64,000 nt of DNA from Myxococcota bacterium (GCA_023150835.1 JAKLKB010000009.1:1-64000), one strand, 5' to 3'. Shown: positions 39,621-49,842, counted from the first letter of the stretch. Made by a program: numbers and translations. The notes: generated from the letters alone by a model not told the origin.

Positions 39621-40880
39621 ATGAACGGAGCCATTTTGGATCTCGCCGTCGCCATTCCTCACCACTACGTCAGCCATGAGGAGCTGGCCCGAGCGCGAGA
39701 CGTTGAGGTAGACAAGTACCAACAGGGCCTAGGATGCGAAGAGATGGCGATCTGCGGCCCCGGCGAAGACACCGTCACCTTGGCTGCTGAAGCTGCATGG
39801 CGACTGTTCGAGCATCACCCTGAAGCTCGCGAACGTGTCGGATTGTGTGTCGTCGGAACCGAAAGCGGCGTCGATGCCGCAAAGCCCGTCGCGATCTACG
39901 TTCACCGCTTGTTGGGACTCCCCCCAAACTGCCGCGCTTTTGAGGTTAAACACGCCTGCTACGGAGCCACCGCTGCCCTTCAGATGGCCTCGGCTTGGGT
40001 TCAACAACATCCCAAACGCCTCGCCTTGGTGATCGCCTCGGATATCGCACGTTATGAACGCGGATCTGCTGGTGAACCCACCCAAGGAGCAGGGGCCGTT
40101 GCAATGTTGGTCGGAAAAGCCGAAGAACGCGATGCCCTCCTTCAGCTTTCCCCTATCAGCGGGGCTTTTGCCAGTGATGTGTACGACTTTTGGCGTCCAC
40201 CCTACCAGTCCGAAGCCCTCGTCAAAGGCAAGTACTCGATGAACTGCTACCTCGAAGGTCTTCAAGGGGCTTACGAAGATTATTGCCGACAAGCAGGCGA
40301 CGAACCCACCCCCGATTATCTGTTGTACCATGTCCCCTTCCCTGCGATGGCCCGAAAAGCCCACAGACGCATGAGCGATCTGCGCGGTCTCTCCGAAGAT
40401 TTGTATCTCGACGATCTCGAACGCCGCGTCGAACCTGCCTTGTGGGCAAACCGAAAGATCGGTAATGTCTATTCGGGTTCGTTGTATCTTGCGCTTGCGG
40501 GCCTGTGTGAGCGCAAGGGAGCCCATCTGATCGGTCGACGTGTGGCGCTGTTTTCCTACGGCAGCGGTTCGTGTAGCGAATACTTTACTGGGCGATTTGG
40601 CGAAGGAATCTACCGTTTCCACCGGCATCTTCATTCCGTCCTTGAAGCAAGGACCGAAGTCGATGTCGATCAATACGAGCTTTTGCACGATGCCTCGCTC
40701 AAAATGGAGCGCAATCACTCGTTCCAACCGGCGTTACCACATCAAGGACAGGCGTTCACCTTTTTGGGGATACGCGATCATGAGCGATGCTACCGCCAAA
40801 ACTTCGCAGAAGACGCCGTTGCGCTCTCCAACGCCCGCCCCACCGCCCTCCACCACACACGACCTTTTCAACGTGCCTGA
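39621..40880 (+). CDS. mvaS: Hydroxymethylglutaryl-CoA synthase
   Basis: GTESGVDAAK, catalytic EVKHACYGAT, SDIARY..GEPTQGAGAVAML, YHVPF, GNVYSGS and FSYGSG. Confidence 0.95.
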   Translation: MNGAILDLAVAIPHHYVSHEELARARDVEVDKYQQGLGCEEMAICGPGEDTVTLAAEAAWRLFEHHPEARERVGLCVVGTESGVDAAKPVAIYVHRLLGLPPNCRAFEVKHACYGATAALQMASAWVQQHPKRLALVIASDIARYERGSAGEPTQGAGAVAMLVGKAEERDALLQLSPISGAFASDVYDFWRPPYQSEALVKGKYSMNCYLEGLQGAYEDYCRQAGDEPTPDYLLYHVPFPAMARKAHRRMSDLRGLSEDLYLDDLERRVEPALWANRKIGNVYSGSLYLALAGLCERKGAHLIGRRVALFSYGSGSCSEYFTGRFGEGIYRFHRHLHSVLEARTEVDVDQYELLHDASLKMERNHSFQPALPHQGQAFTFLGIRDHERCYRQNFAEDAVALSNARPTALHHTRPFQRA

Positions 40881-41460
40881 TCCCACTCCACACAACGACT
40901 CTCCACGCGAAGAACTCATGGCGATCTTTGCTGAATTCTTTGATGGCTTCGGCTTCAAACCGAACCTTGGTCGGATCTGGGCTGCCCTGTTTTACAACGA
41001 AGCACCCATGAGCCAACGCGAGATCTGCGCCGAACTTGGCCTGTCTTCGGGCTTGGTCTCCCAAGGTCTCGCCGAATTGATGCGCTTTGGCATGGTGGAC
41101 ACCGAACCCGCGCAGCGGGGCCGCGAAACGCTTTATCACAGCGAAACCAGCCTCCTCAAGATCGTCTCCTCCATCCTCAAGCAGCGCGAAGAACAGATCA
41201 TCCAACGTCTCGAAGAGCGCATCCGTGCGCTCCAATCGCGTCTTGCGATCCAAACCGATCTCCCGCAGCAAGACAAAAAACGACTCGAACGCCTCGAAGA
41301 GATCTTGGTGATCTGTCAGCTTGCCTCCTCGATCATCGGCTTGGTCGAGATGTTTTCACGTTATTCTTATCACGCTGTTGCGCTTGGTGCCCGCGCTCTC
41401 ACGCATCTGCGCGTAGCCCAACTCCCCGATCTTCTCGGATTAACCAAACGAACGCGCTGA
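40873..41460 (+). CDS. GbsR/MarR-like winged-helix transcriptional regulator
   Basis: FGFKPNLGRIWAALF..PMSQREICAELGLSSGLVSQGLAEL..GMV. The GTG start overlaps the end of mvaS. Confidence 0.82.
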   Translation: MPDPTPHNDSPREELMAIFAEFFDGFGFKPNLGRIWAALFYNEAPMSQREICAELGLSSGLVSQGLAELMRFGMVDTEPAQRGRETLYHSETSLLKIVSSILKQREEQIIQRLEERIRALQSRLAIQTDLPQQDKKRLERLEEILVICQLASSIIGLVEMFSRYSYHAVALGARALTHLRVAQLPDLLGLTKRTR

Positions 41461-41512
41461 AACTCCATAGGACTTACGCAGTTCGATACGAAAAAGGCCC
41501 ATGTTCGGGCGC

Positions 41513-41536
41513 GGGCGGTTCGCGAACCGCCCCTAC
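41513..41536 (-). repeat. GTAG-type REP palindrome
   Basis: GGGCGGTTCGCGAACCGCCC followed by CTAC; the palindrome is identical to that at 14075. Confidence 0.85.
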
Positions 41537-41602
41537 AACGCGTTGATTCTTCACGGTTTCCCTTTTCAACTGCGTAAGCCCTACTCCATACGGATTCGCT
41601 GC

Positions 41603-42607
41603 ATGATCATCCAAACATCTGGCAAGTTCATTCTTGCGGGAGAACACTTTATCTTGTACGGCTGTCCTGCCTTGGCTTTGCCTTGGCATAGCGCCCACCT
41701 TACGCTGACTTCGGCTCCCTCGCATCCTGCGCCCGAACCTCCCGTATTGATCGAGGCTTGGCAACACGCACGCAGCCTGTTGTCTTTGCCCAAAGATACG
41801 GGGTTTCCATTCACTCTCCATTCGGACATCCCCTTCGGATGCGGCTTTGGCTCAAGTGCCGCCTTGTGCGTGGCTCTGCTTCGTGCCGCAGCCTACGAAG
41901 CCAACACCCCGCTCGACGACGCGGCCTTGATCGAACACGCCACCACCTTAGAGGCCCTTTTTCACGGTCGCTCTAGCGGATTGGACCCTGCAGTAGTCGT
42001 TCGTCAAACTCCCCTCCGCTTTCAGATCGGCCAACCCCCGCAGCCTTGGTCGTGGACGCTGCAAGGTGTCGGCATCGTCTTGGCCGTCAGCCAAGAACAA
42101 CGAAAAACCGCTGTGGCCGTCGAGCGCGTCCGCCATTATTCGCAGCGATATCCCGCCCGTTTTGGAGCTCTCCTCTCCCAAGCACGCGATCTGATCGAAG
42201 CGATCCAAACGCTTTGCGCATCCGCCCCCACCGAGACCTATCAACAGCGCATCCAAGGGCGTCTGCTTGGAACCCACCTCGATCACAACCACGCGCTCCT
42301 CGCCGAGATGGATATCTCAGCCCCGCACCTCGAATCCCTCGTCCAATGCGCCCGAAACAACGGCGCTTGGGGAGCCAAACTCACAGGTGCAGGCATGGGC
42401 GGTGGCATGATCGCTGTCGCTGAACCCGACGCGCTCCCTGCTCTCGCCGAAGCCCTCCACGACGCAGGCGCCACCACCACCCACATCCACCTCCCCCCCG
42501 TTCAACACCCCCCATCCTCCGCCATATCCGCTGCCTCGGAGACCACCACAAACATCGTATCCGCCTCTCCTGAACCACCGAACCCAACACGGGAGCCCTG
42601 TCCATGA
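41603..42607 (+). CDS. mvaK1: Mevalonate kinase (GHMP family)
   Basis: GKFILAGEH..YG.PALA, IPFGCGFGSSAA, HGRSSGLD and GAKLTGAGMGG. Confidence 0.9.
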   Translation: MIIQTSGKFILAGEHFILYGCPALALPWHSAHLTLTSAPSHPAPEPPVLIEAWQHARSLLSLPKDTGFPFTLHSDIPFGCGFGSSAALCVALLRAAAYEANTPLDDAALIEHATTLEALFHGRSSGLDPAVVVRQTPLRFQIGQPPQPWSWTLQGVGIVLAVSQEQRKTAVAVERVRHYSQRYPARFGALLSQARDLIEAIQTLCASAPTETYQQRIQGRLLGTHLDHNHALLAEMDISAPHLESLVQCARNNGAWGAKLTGAGMGGGMIAVAEPDALPALAEALHDAGATTTHIHLPPVQHPPSSAISAASETTTNIVSASPEPPNPTREPCP

Positions 42608-43677
42608 CTCTTTACGCAAGCGCCCCCTCCAACATCGCCCTTGTCAAGTACTGGGGCAAACGCAACACCCAACACAATCTCCCCCTCACTTCAAGCTTTT
42701 CCGTCACGCTCGAAACCATGCGCACTTGGGTTGCGATCTCTCCGCTCTCCGATGGACCCGATCGATGGGCGCTTTATGGAAATCCCAAAAAAGCCTTGCG
42801 CGTTCTCGCCGAAGCACGCGCTTTTACACACAACTCCCAGCCCCTCGCCATCTCCATCCACAACGACTTTCCCTCGGGCGCAGGACTCGCAAGCTCCGCT
42901 TCGTCGATGGCTGCGCTGGCCTTTGCCCTTGATCTCGCCCTCAACGACGGCAACACCCCACGCACCGAAGTCGCTCGGTGGGCGAGACTCGGTAGCGGCT
43001 CCGCTGTTCGCTCCCTTTATCCCGGCTTTGTGTTGTGGGAAGCCGGCCTCGATCCCGAAGGCCGCGATTGCATCGCACAAAGCCGCTTCCCCGCTTCTCA
43101 ACTCCCACTTGATCTGATCGCCTGCGTTGTCGACGATCGCACCAAACCCATCGGATCCACCCAAGCGATGGAACGATGCCGCGATACTTCCCCAAGCTAC
43201 GCAGCCTTCCACACACGCAACGCCGATGACCTTCGACGCGCCCTCCACGCGCTCCAAACCCAAAACCTCGAAGCTCTCGGACAAGTCAGCGAAGAAAACT
43301 GCCTCGCCATGCACGCCGTCATGCACCAAGCCCAACCCCCCATCGACTATTTCCAAGACGGCACCCACGCCGCCATCGCCACCGTTCGCGCTCTCCGTCA
43401 ACAAGGACTTCCCTGCTTTTTTACCATCGACGCCGGACCCAACGTCAAAGTCCTTTGCCCTCCCGCCCACACACCCGCCCTCCGCGAAGCTCTTGAACAC
43501 ACCACAGGCGTCACACGCCTTCTTTTTGACCGCGTCTCCGACTCCGCCGCTCGCCGTGAACTCGCTTGGCCCGCTCATCTGCCCGCTCACGCGCACTCCC
43601 CCACAACACCTCTCCACACACACGCCATCCCGCTCCCAAACACAACCTCTTTCCCCCCCACAGGAGCGGCCCGATGA
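42604..43677 (+). CDS. mvaD: Diphosphomevalonate decarboxylase
   Basis: NIALVKYWGKR, AGLASSAS, ARLGSGSAVRS and FTIDAGPNVKV. Confidence 0.95.
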   Translation: MTLYASAPSNIALVKYWGKRNTQHNLPLTSSFSVTLETMRTWVAISPLSDGPDRWALYGNPKKALRVLAEARAFTHNSQPLAISIHNDFPSGAGLASSASSMAALAFALDLALNDGNTPRTEVARWARLGSGSAVRSLYPGFVLWEAGLDPEGRDCIAQSRFPASQLPLDLIACVVDDRTKPIGSTQAMERCRDTSPSYAAFHTRNADDLRRALHALQTQNLEALGQVSEENCLAMHAVMHQAQPPIDYFQDGTHAAIATVRALRQQGLPCFFTIDAGPNVKVLCPPAHTPALREALEHTTGVTRLLFDRVSDSAARRELAWPAHLPAHAHSPTTPLHTHAIPLPNTTSFPPTGAAR

Positions 43678-45773
43678 CACGCTACAGCGTTTCCGCCCCC
43701 CACAAGCTGCTGTTGTCTGGCGCATACACCGTCCTCGATGGGCATCCCGCCCTTGGTCTGGCCGTCGAGCCAAGGATGCACCTCACCCTCGACACCGCCT
43801 CGCATGAACCTTGGCCCCGCGACAACCCTTTTGCCGAAGCGGTCCGAGCCGTCATGCGCGAAGAAGCCCACCGCATCGGCGTTTCAGAACTTCCTCCCAG
43901 CCTCGGCTTTTCGACGCATACCGAGATGCCTGTTCATGGATGGGGCGTCGGCAGTAGCGCAGCCTTCGTCACTTGCCTCACTCACGCATGTTCTCTTGCG
44001 ATGGGGCTTGCTCTCGATCCCACCGAGATCTTTGCGATCGCCCGCCGCGCCCATCGCTTCGCTCAACAAGAACAAGGCAGCGGACTCGATATCGCTGCTT
44101 GCACCTTTGGCGGACTGATCGGCGCAAACAACGCGCACACCGCCTCCACTCCCCATATCCATCTGCTCGAATGGCCCGAAGAGATCGCCGTCTTGTTGAT
44201 CCGTTCTGACAAAAAAGCCGACACCCGCGAGATGATCCAAACCTACCACCAAACCCCCAAAGAACATGCTCGCGCTGAACGCCATGCCCTCTTGCGATCC
44301 ATCGACCGCGTGTGGGACGCCGCTTTCAAAACATCCGATCTCCTCGCAGCCCTCGCCGAAAACAGCCGTTGCGAGGCCGATTGGTCCCACGCCATGCAGA
44401 TCCCTCTCGTCACACCCCTTCAACACCAACTCGAACAAGCCTTCGCTGCGCACAAACCGCATATCGTGATCAAATCTCTCGGTGCAGGCGGCGGCGATAG
44501 CATCGGTTGTTTCTACCACCGCGAATACCTCCACCTCGCCGATATCGCCGAACACACCAAAGCCTTTTCCCTCCAAGTCCGACCTGTTCGCGTTGAAAGA
44601 CACGGCTCCTCCACTCACACCACACACTTCGATCCCCTTGACCTCGCACACATCGCAACCTCCACCATCTCGAATACTCGGGCTTTACACACACAGGACT
44701 CGTCGATGACGACCGATCTCTTGGCTCCTTATCAAGAACACGCACAACGCGCTTGGGAAGCGCTACAACCGCAGCTACTCCAACAAGAACGCGCCCTTGC
44801 CCCCATGCTTGCTCACCATTTCCAAGCCACAGGAAAACTCTTACGCCCCGCGATCGCCCTCGCCTTCTTCGATCAACTCAACGCAAAACAGACTTTTGAG
44901 ACCCCCCAATGCTCGGAACAAATGACTCAAACTGCCCTTGCCATCGAGCTTTTACACAACGCAACGCTCATCCACGATGATCTCCAAGACGGAGACGCTT
45001 TCCGACGTGGTATCCCCACTGTCTGGAAAGCTTTTGATGCTTATCAAGCGATCAACGCGGGTAGTGCGCTGTACTTTTACGCCCTTCAATGGCTCGCGAA
45101 CCTTTCTCTCACCCCGCTTACCATCGTCCGATTGCATCAACTCTTTGCCACTCAAACCCTCGCCATCATCGCAGGCCAAGCTCTCGAAAAGCAGCTTTGG
45201 GCCGCTCTCGACGATCCACAACAACACCAAACCGAAACCCTTTATCTCGAAGTCGTCGAGAAAAAAACCTCCGCCCTTTTCGCCTTGCCGATGATGTCTG
45301 CGGCCATCCTCGCGGGTCTTGACCCCGCTTCGACACTCGCTCTACAGGACGTCGCACGACCGCTCGGTGCGCTGTTTCAGATCCAAGACGATATCCTCGA
45401 TCTATTCGGAAACAAGGGCCGCGATACCGTAGGAACCGATATCGCCGAAGGCAAACCAAGCTACCCTGCATTGTACGCACTCCAACACGCCTCCCCTGAC
45501 CACGCTGCACGCCTCTATCAGATCCTACGCAGCCCCCGCGAACAAACCACACATACCGATATCCTCTGGGCCATCGACTTGATCCGCTCCTGTGGCGCGC
45601 TCCATGCCTCTCTTCAAAAAATGCACTCCCTCCGCCAACAAGCCCTCGCGGCTCTCACCCGCGCCGTCCCCGCCCCACACACACCATCAAGCTTCCTTCA
45701 CGCCGTCTGCGACAAGATCATGCTACCGATCCAACATCTTTCCCATCCCTCGGCTCGCGAAAGGCTTGCTTGA
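43674..45773 (+). CDS. Fusion of a phosphomevalonate kinase-like GHMP kinase and a trans-polyprenyl diphosphate synthase
   Basis: N-half has SAPHKLLLSGAYTVL, GVGSSAA, GSGLDIAA..GG and KSLGAGGGD. C-half has GKLLRP, ELLHNATLIHDDLQD..RRG, KT and FQIQDDILD. No stop between the halves. Confidence 0.88.
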   Translation: MTRYSVSAPHKLLLSGAYTVLDGHPALGLAVEPRMHLTLDTASHEPWPRDNPFAEAVRAVMREEAHRIGVSELPPSLGFSTHTEMPVHGWGVGSSAAFVTCLTHACSLAMGLALDPTEIFAIARRAHRFAQQEQGSGLDIAACTFGGLIGANNAHTASTPHIHLLEWPEEIAVLLIRSDKKADTREMIQTYHQTPKEHARAERHALLRSIDRVWDAAFKTSDLLAALAENSRCEADWSHAMQIPLVTPLQHQLEQAFAAHKPHIVIKSLGAGGGDSIGCFYHREYLHLADIAEHTKAFSLQVRPVRVERHGSSTHTTHFDPLDLAHIATSTISNTRALHTQDSSMTTDLLAPYQEHAQRAWEALQPQLLQQERALAPMLAHHFQATGKLLRPAIALAFFDQLNAKQTFETPQCSEQMTQTALAIELLHNATLIHDDLQDGDAFRRGIPTVWKAFDAYQAINAGSALYFYALQWLANLSLTPLTIVRLHQLFATQTLAIIAGQALEKQLWAALDDPQQHQTETLYLEVVEKKTSALFALPMMSAAILAGLDPASTLALQDVARPLGALFQIQDDILDLFGNKGRDTVGTDIAEGKPSYPALYALQHASPDHAARLYQILRSPREQTTHTDILWAIDLIRSCGALHASLQKMHSLRQQALAALTRAVPAPHTPSSFLHAVCDKIMLPIQHLSHPSARERLA

Positions 45774-45825
45774 AATCCCGTGAGATCGTGCGACATCGCT
45801 TCGACCGCCAATTTGTCGGGATGTG

Positions 45826-45939
45826 ATACGATATCCGTGTGATGTGTTCCCATAGGATAGTGCGTAGACACCCGATTGTTGGGCAGCCACACCTGTCTGC
45901 CCCTACGTTTTGTGATCACACGCCCTGCGGATCTCGTAT
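45826..45939 (+). mobile_element. ~110-bp REP-containing MITE/REPIN-like element, copy B
   Basis: Ends ATACGATATCCG and CGGATCTCGTAT; the core is nearly identical to copy A. Confidence 0.78.
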
Positions 45940-46024
45940 TATGCCCTCAATGCTTGGTTGAGATCCCGTGAGATCGTGCTACAGTACGATGCCTTCTGTG
46001 TTTGCGAAACCAAAGGAGAACATC

Positions 46025-46639
46025 GTGCAACAACACCGCCACACACCACCCAATCCCGATCATTTCGCCTTTTCGCCTCGATCTGCTCTTGCTCTGCTGA
46101 TCGCCCTTGTTTGCTTGCTGACCACCCTCGAAGCCCACGCTTACCGCATCGGCGGAACCAACCCCTACGCTGGCTCACGGCGCGAAGGTTATATGTACCA
46201 AGAAGGCACCAAACGCGCACTCGAACTCGAAGTACACGGCGGCTTCGATGTCGTCGAACAAGGTCTCGCCGCAGGCATCCGCTTTCACATCCCCATCGTC
46301 CACAACGGCCTTCTACCCGACTTTAACGACGCCTTGTACTTTACCGTAGGCTCAGACTTCTATTGGACCCGCTGGAAGGGCATCTTTGGTGTCGGCTTTG
46401 GCGTTCCGCTCACCGTCTTGTGGCGACTCTTTTTCACCAAGCTCTTTTCCTTGGGCATCGAAGTCGGACTCAACCCCTACGTCCACCTCCGCTGGTTCAG
46501 CGAAACCTACAATTATGGATTTTTGCCCGTCTTTTTCGTGGGTGCTGTGACGCTGCACTTCGATATCACTCCCCTGCTCAGCGTCATGGTCCGCCTCGGT
46601 TCCCCCTACCTCAGCGCGGGTGTCTCTTTTCGGTTTTGA
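46025..46639 (+). CDS. Hypothetical outer-membrane beta-barrel-like protein
   Basis: AAGGAG RBS with a GTG start, signal peptide ending AHA, amphipathic strands and a terminal SFRF. Confidence 0.7.
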   Translation: MQQHRHTPPNPDHFAFSPRSALALLIALVCLLTTLEAHAYRIGGTNPYAGSRREGYMYQEGTKRALELEVHGGFDVVEQGLAAGIRFHIPIVHNGLLPDFNDALYFTVGSDFYWTRWKGIFGVGFGVPLTVLWRLFFTKLFSLGIEVGLNPYVHLRWFSETYNYGFLPVFFVGAVTLHFDITPLLSVMVRLGSPYLSAGVSFRF

Positions 46640-46650
46640 GAAATCTCGGT

Positions 46651-49600
46651 TTAGAGGCTTTTGGCGATGGTGCGGATCTGTGGAGCGGTTGGGGCGTTGG
46701 GGGAAAGGCGTAAGAATTGGTTGAAGGCACGTTTGGCTTTTTTGGGTTGTTGAAGGTTCATATAGATCAAGCCGAGGACACGGTACGCATCGCCCATCTT
46801 GGGATCTGCTTTGATCGCGCTTTGCATCTTTTGTTGCGCGGCGGGAAGCTTGCCTGAAAACATCAACCGCATCCCTTCGGCGTGGTATTTTTTCGCAAGC
46901 GCAGGATCGCGTGGGGCCGCACGGCGTTTGACGGGCCGCTTCACTGGCCGCTTCACTGGCCGAGGTTCGGAGACGGGTTCTTCTCGACGCTCCGCAGGTT
47001 CTTCGCGCCGTTCGGGTGTCGGCTCTTCGCGCCGTGTCGCAGGCTCTTCTCGACGTGTCGCAGGCTCTTCGCGACGTGCCGCAGGTTCTTCTCGACGTTC
47101 GGGTGTCGGCTCTTCGCGACGTGTGACAGGTGTTTCGCGGCCTTGCGTGGAACCCATCTGCGGAGTGGAAGCCTCAGGTGTTCCAGCGTCTGGAGCCGAA
47201 ACGCCCGCGTCTTGGCCTTCGACACGCGCCAACATCGGGCGTTCGGATGGGCGAGGGGTTGGGCGAGCCTCGATGCGTTTCGCGGGTGGAGTTTGGCGCG
47301 AAACGATCGGTTCAGGTGTCAATTCATCTGATTTCGGTTTGCGGGGTTGTTGAAGGCTACTGATCGCGATCAACATCACGGTAGCAACGACGATTACGCC
47401 GATCCCACCGAACAACAGGATCTTGCGATTTCGATCCGCTTCAGCTTTTTGTTCTGCAACAAGCCGATGGAATTCATCTTCTTCGGGCGAAGTGTATGCG
47501 CCTGCGTGATCGTTGGCAGGGGAAGAAAAGAAGTCCTCGCTCGTCGGGTCAAAGTCTTCCACGTCGCCACTCGTGTGGGGTTGTGCGGCAAGCGGGTGGC
47601 TTTTGGTGGGAGCTTTGGCGTCGGTTTTCAGCGCAGACTCGACTTTGATCGGCTGCGTTTTGGCCGTCGGTTGGGGCTTTGCAGCGGTGGCCGCCTTTTC
47701 GGAAACCGCAACAGCAGCGGGTTTCTCCGCACGGGTCGCTGGTTTCAAGGGCGCTTCTGCGGCCTTGTCAAGACCAATCGAGAAGGAAGCGAAGACGCCA
47801 GATTCTGTGACGGGCTGTTTTCGCTCGGAGATCTCGACTTTTACAGCGATCTCTTGCGAAGGAGGCGGTGCAGCGGGTTCTTCTACTGCTTTCTCGGAGG
47901 AAAGCGTAAACGCCGAAGCGGAAGACGAAGACGGCGCAGAGATCGAGATCTCGGCTTTTTTCTCCTGAGAAGCAGACTCTTCGGAAGCCGAAGAAGGAGG
48001 AGCCATCAAAAACGGCGTCATGGGCCGTGTATCGGCTTTTTTGGCTGCGGGGGCCGCCGACTTTTCTTTTTCTGATTTTTCTTTTGCGGCACGCGAAGCG
48101 ATATCCAACACATTCATCTGTGCGATGGTGTCGGATGCAGCGACCTCCGCTCGTTCAAACGCAACAGCATCGTCCAAAGAAACCGCTGCGATCTCGACCT
48201 TCGCGGAGCTTGCCGTCGACTCTTGGAAGGGGTGCATCGAGCGCGTGGGACGAGAACTTCCAGCGGGCTCAGAGCCTGCATCAAAGGGGGCGTCGTCGAG
48301 GGACTGTTCACGCAGCGCCACGCTTGGCAACGCTTCTTGCGCAGGCAGCGACAAGATCGGCAACGAAGCGTACGTCGCAGCCGCTTCAACGTCTCCGACG
48401 GCAGAAGCCGATAACAACAGGTCTGCACCAAACGCTCCCGCAAAGGGCCGCGTATCAAGCGTGTGGTCTGTAAGCTTTGGGTTGTCTGTTTTGGTCTCCG
48501 CATCTTTTCTCTCGCCAAGCGCAGAAAACGACGGCAGATCGTCGTGCGTCAACGAGCGAACTTGCTCTTCAAGGTTCTGTTTCAGATCGCTTTCCAACAG
48601 ATCCGACACAAGATTCATCGAGATCGCATCCAGATCGGAAAAGCTGCTGACCTTTTGTTTGACGATGGAGGGAGGAACCTCAAACTCTGCCGTTCCCGAA
48701 GAGACGGGCTTTTGAGCGGAATCGCCGCCAAAACGCTCCAACTCCCCCGAAGCAGACGCTTTGTGAAACGCTTCGAGCGCGGTGCGATCTTGCGGATCTC
48801 CGAGCAGATGGGAAACCGAATACACGTCTTCATCGTCGGCTCCGTCGTCCACCGAAGGAACCTCCAATGTCCCGAAGGCTTGGATATCGGGTAGCGCCGG
48901 GCGCGACGGCGAGGATGTCGAAGAAGACGCTCGGGACGTGTCTTTGCTTGAGCTTGGCGAAGAGACCGCTGGAAGGATATCTTGTGACAGCGAAGTGATC
49001 GCAGAATCCAACATCATCCCCAAACCGGCGATCTCGTCGTCCAAGGCGGTTTTGATTTTGGGTGGCACCGTTTCAAGCCGACTTCCCGTCAACTCGGAGA
49101 CGTCTTTGACCGTAGGTAAGCCGGGATGTGTACTCAGCTCGGGAGGTTTGCGTTTCCTCCCAGAGTCCGACGGCGGCGAGGTGTAATGGTCAGGCTGTGA
49201 AGAGGACGCCACGTCTCCTCCCAAAAACGGCTCTTCGACAGGTTCTGTAAAGTCCGCAGGTGGCCGAAAGGCTGGGACGTTGGGCGACGTCTCAAACTCA
49301 GAAAAGGCTTCATTTCGGAGCGTAGGAGCGAGTTCGCGTTGTCGCAACGACGAAGAGTCTTCTTGGGATGCAAAGGCGGGCGGCGGCATATTTGGGATAG
49401 TTTGCGAAAGGTCTTCGGGTTCATACACTGAGGTGTCTGCGGAGACTGATTTTTTCGCTGTTTTGGATTGCGGGGCTGTGAGGCGCTGTTCTTGAAAAGC
49501 CCGTTGTGCCGCCCCAAAGATATCACCTGCGGTCGCGGTTTGCCTAGCGGTGGGGATCTGCGTTCCTTTCAGATACGACGCCGACTCGGAGACCTCGGGG

Positions 49601-49842
49601 ATCGCAAACGCAGCCTCGCGTTGTTGCAATGCCTCGGCAGCCTCGGAGACGATGCCCTCGGTGGATTCGTCGACCTCATCAAATAAACCAGAAGTGTGTT
49701 CTTCTCGCATCCGACGGTCCACGTGGGAAACAAAGCCTCGCAACAGCTTTGCGGCATCGGATACATCGTCTTTCATCCCCTGAGGGATCTCAAAGAGATC
49801 GCGTTTCTCGCTCATCAAAATCGTCTCCACAACAGGCGACAC
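46651..49842 (-). CDS. Membrane protein with a long disordered N-terminus, RREEP repeats and a C-terminal TPR
   Basis: 1063-aa ORF with one TM (ILLFGGIGVIVVATVMLIAI) and TPR AYRVLGLIY..AKRAFNQFLRLSP. The start may be 49815. Confidence 0.8.
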   Translation of the reverse strand: MSPVVETILMSEKRDLFEIPQGMKDDVSDAAKLLRGFVSHVDRRMREEHTSGLFDEVDESTEGIVSEAAEALQQREAAFAIPEVSESASYLKGTQIPTARQTATAGDIFGAAQRAFQEQRLTAPQSKTAKKSVSADTSVYEPEDLSQTIPNMPPPAFASQEDSSSLRQRELAPTLRNEAFSEFETSPNVPAFRPPADFTEPVEEPFLGGDVASSSQPDHYTSPPSDSGRKRKPPELSTHPGLPTVKDVSELTGSRLETVPPKIKTALDDEIAGLGMMLDSAITSLSQDILPAVSSPSSSKDTSRASSSTSSPSRPALPDIQAFGTLEVPSVDDGADDEDVYSVSHLLGDPQDRTALEAFHKASASGELERFGGDSAQKPVSSGTAEFEVPPSIVKQKVSSFSDLDAISMNLVSDLLESDLKQNLEEQVRSLTHDDLPSFSALGERKDAETKTDNPKLTDHTLDTRPFAGAFGADLLLSASAVGDVEAAATYASLPILSLPAQEALPSVALREQSLDDAPFDAGSEPAGSSRPTRSMHPFQESTASSAKVEIAAVSLDDAVAFERAEVAASDTIAQMNVLDIASRAAKEKSEKEKSAAPAAKKADTRPMTPFLMAPPSSASEESASQEKKAEISISAPSSSSASAFTLSSEKAVEEPAAPPPSQEIAVKVEISERKQPVTESGVFASFSIGLDKAAEAPLKPATRAEKPAAVAVSEKAATAAKPQPTAKTQPIKVESALKTDAKAPTKSHPLAAQPHTSGDVEDFDPTSEDFFSSPANDHAGAYTSPEEDEFHRLVAEQKAEADRNRKILLFGGIGVIVVATVMLIAISSLQQPRKPKSDELTPEPIVSRQTPPAKRIEARPTPRPSERPMLARVEGQDAGVSAPDAGTPEASTPQMGSTQGRETPVTRREEPTPERREEPAARREEPATRREEPATRREEPTPERREEPAERREEPVSEPRPVKRPVKRPVKRRAAPRDPALAKKYHAEGMRLMFSGKLPAAQQKMQSAIKADPKMGDAYRVLGLIYMNLQQPKKAKRAFNQFLRLSPNAPTAPQIRTIAKSL
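46975..47123. repeat. 21/24-bp intragenic repeats encoding RREEP(A/T)
   Basis: Seven RREEP units are visible in the translation. Confidence 0.85.

Noticed and set aside
39080-39679. 199-aa ORF upstream of mvaS
   Set aside because: It has no motifs, overlaps repeats and the mvaS start, and is more likely a regulatory intergenic region.
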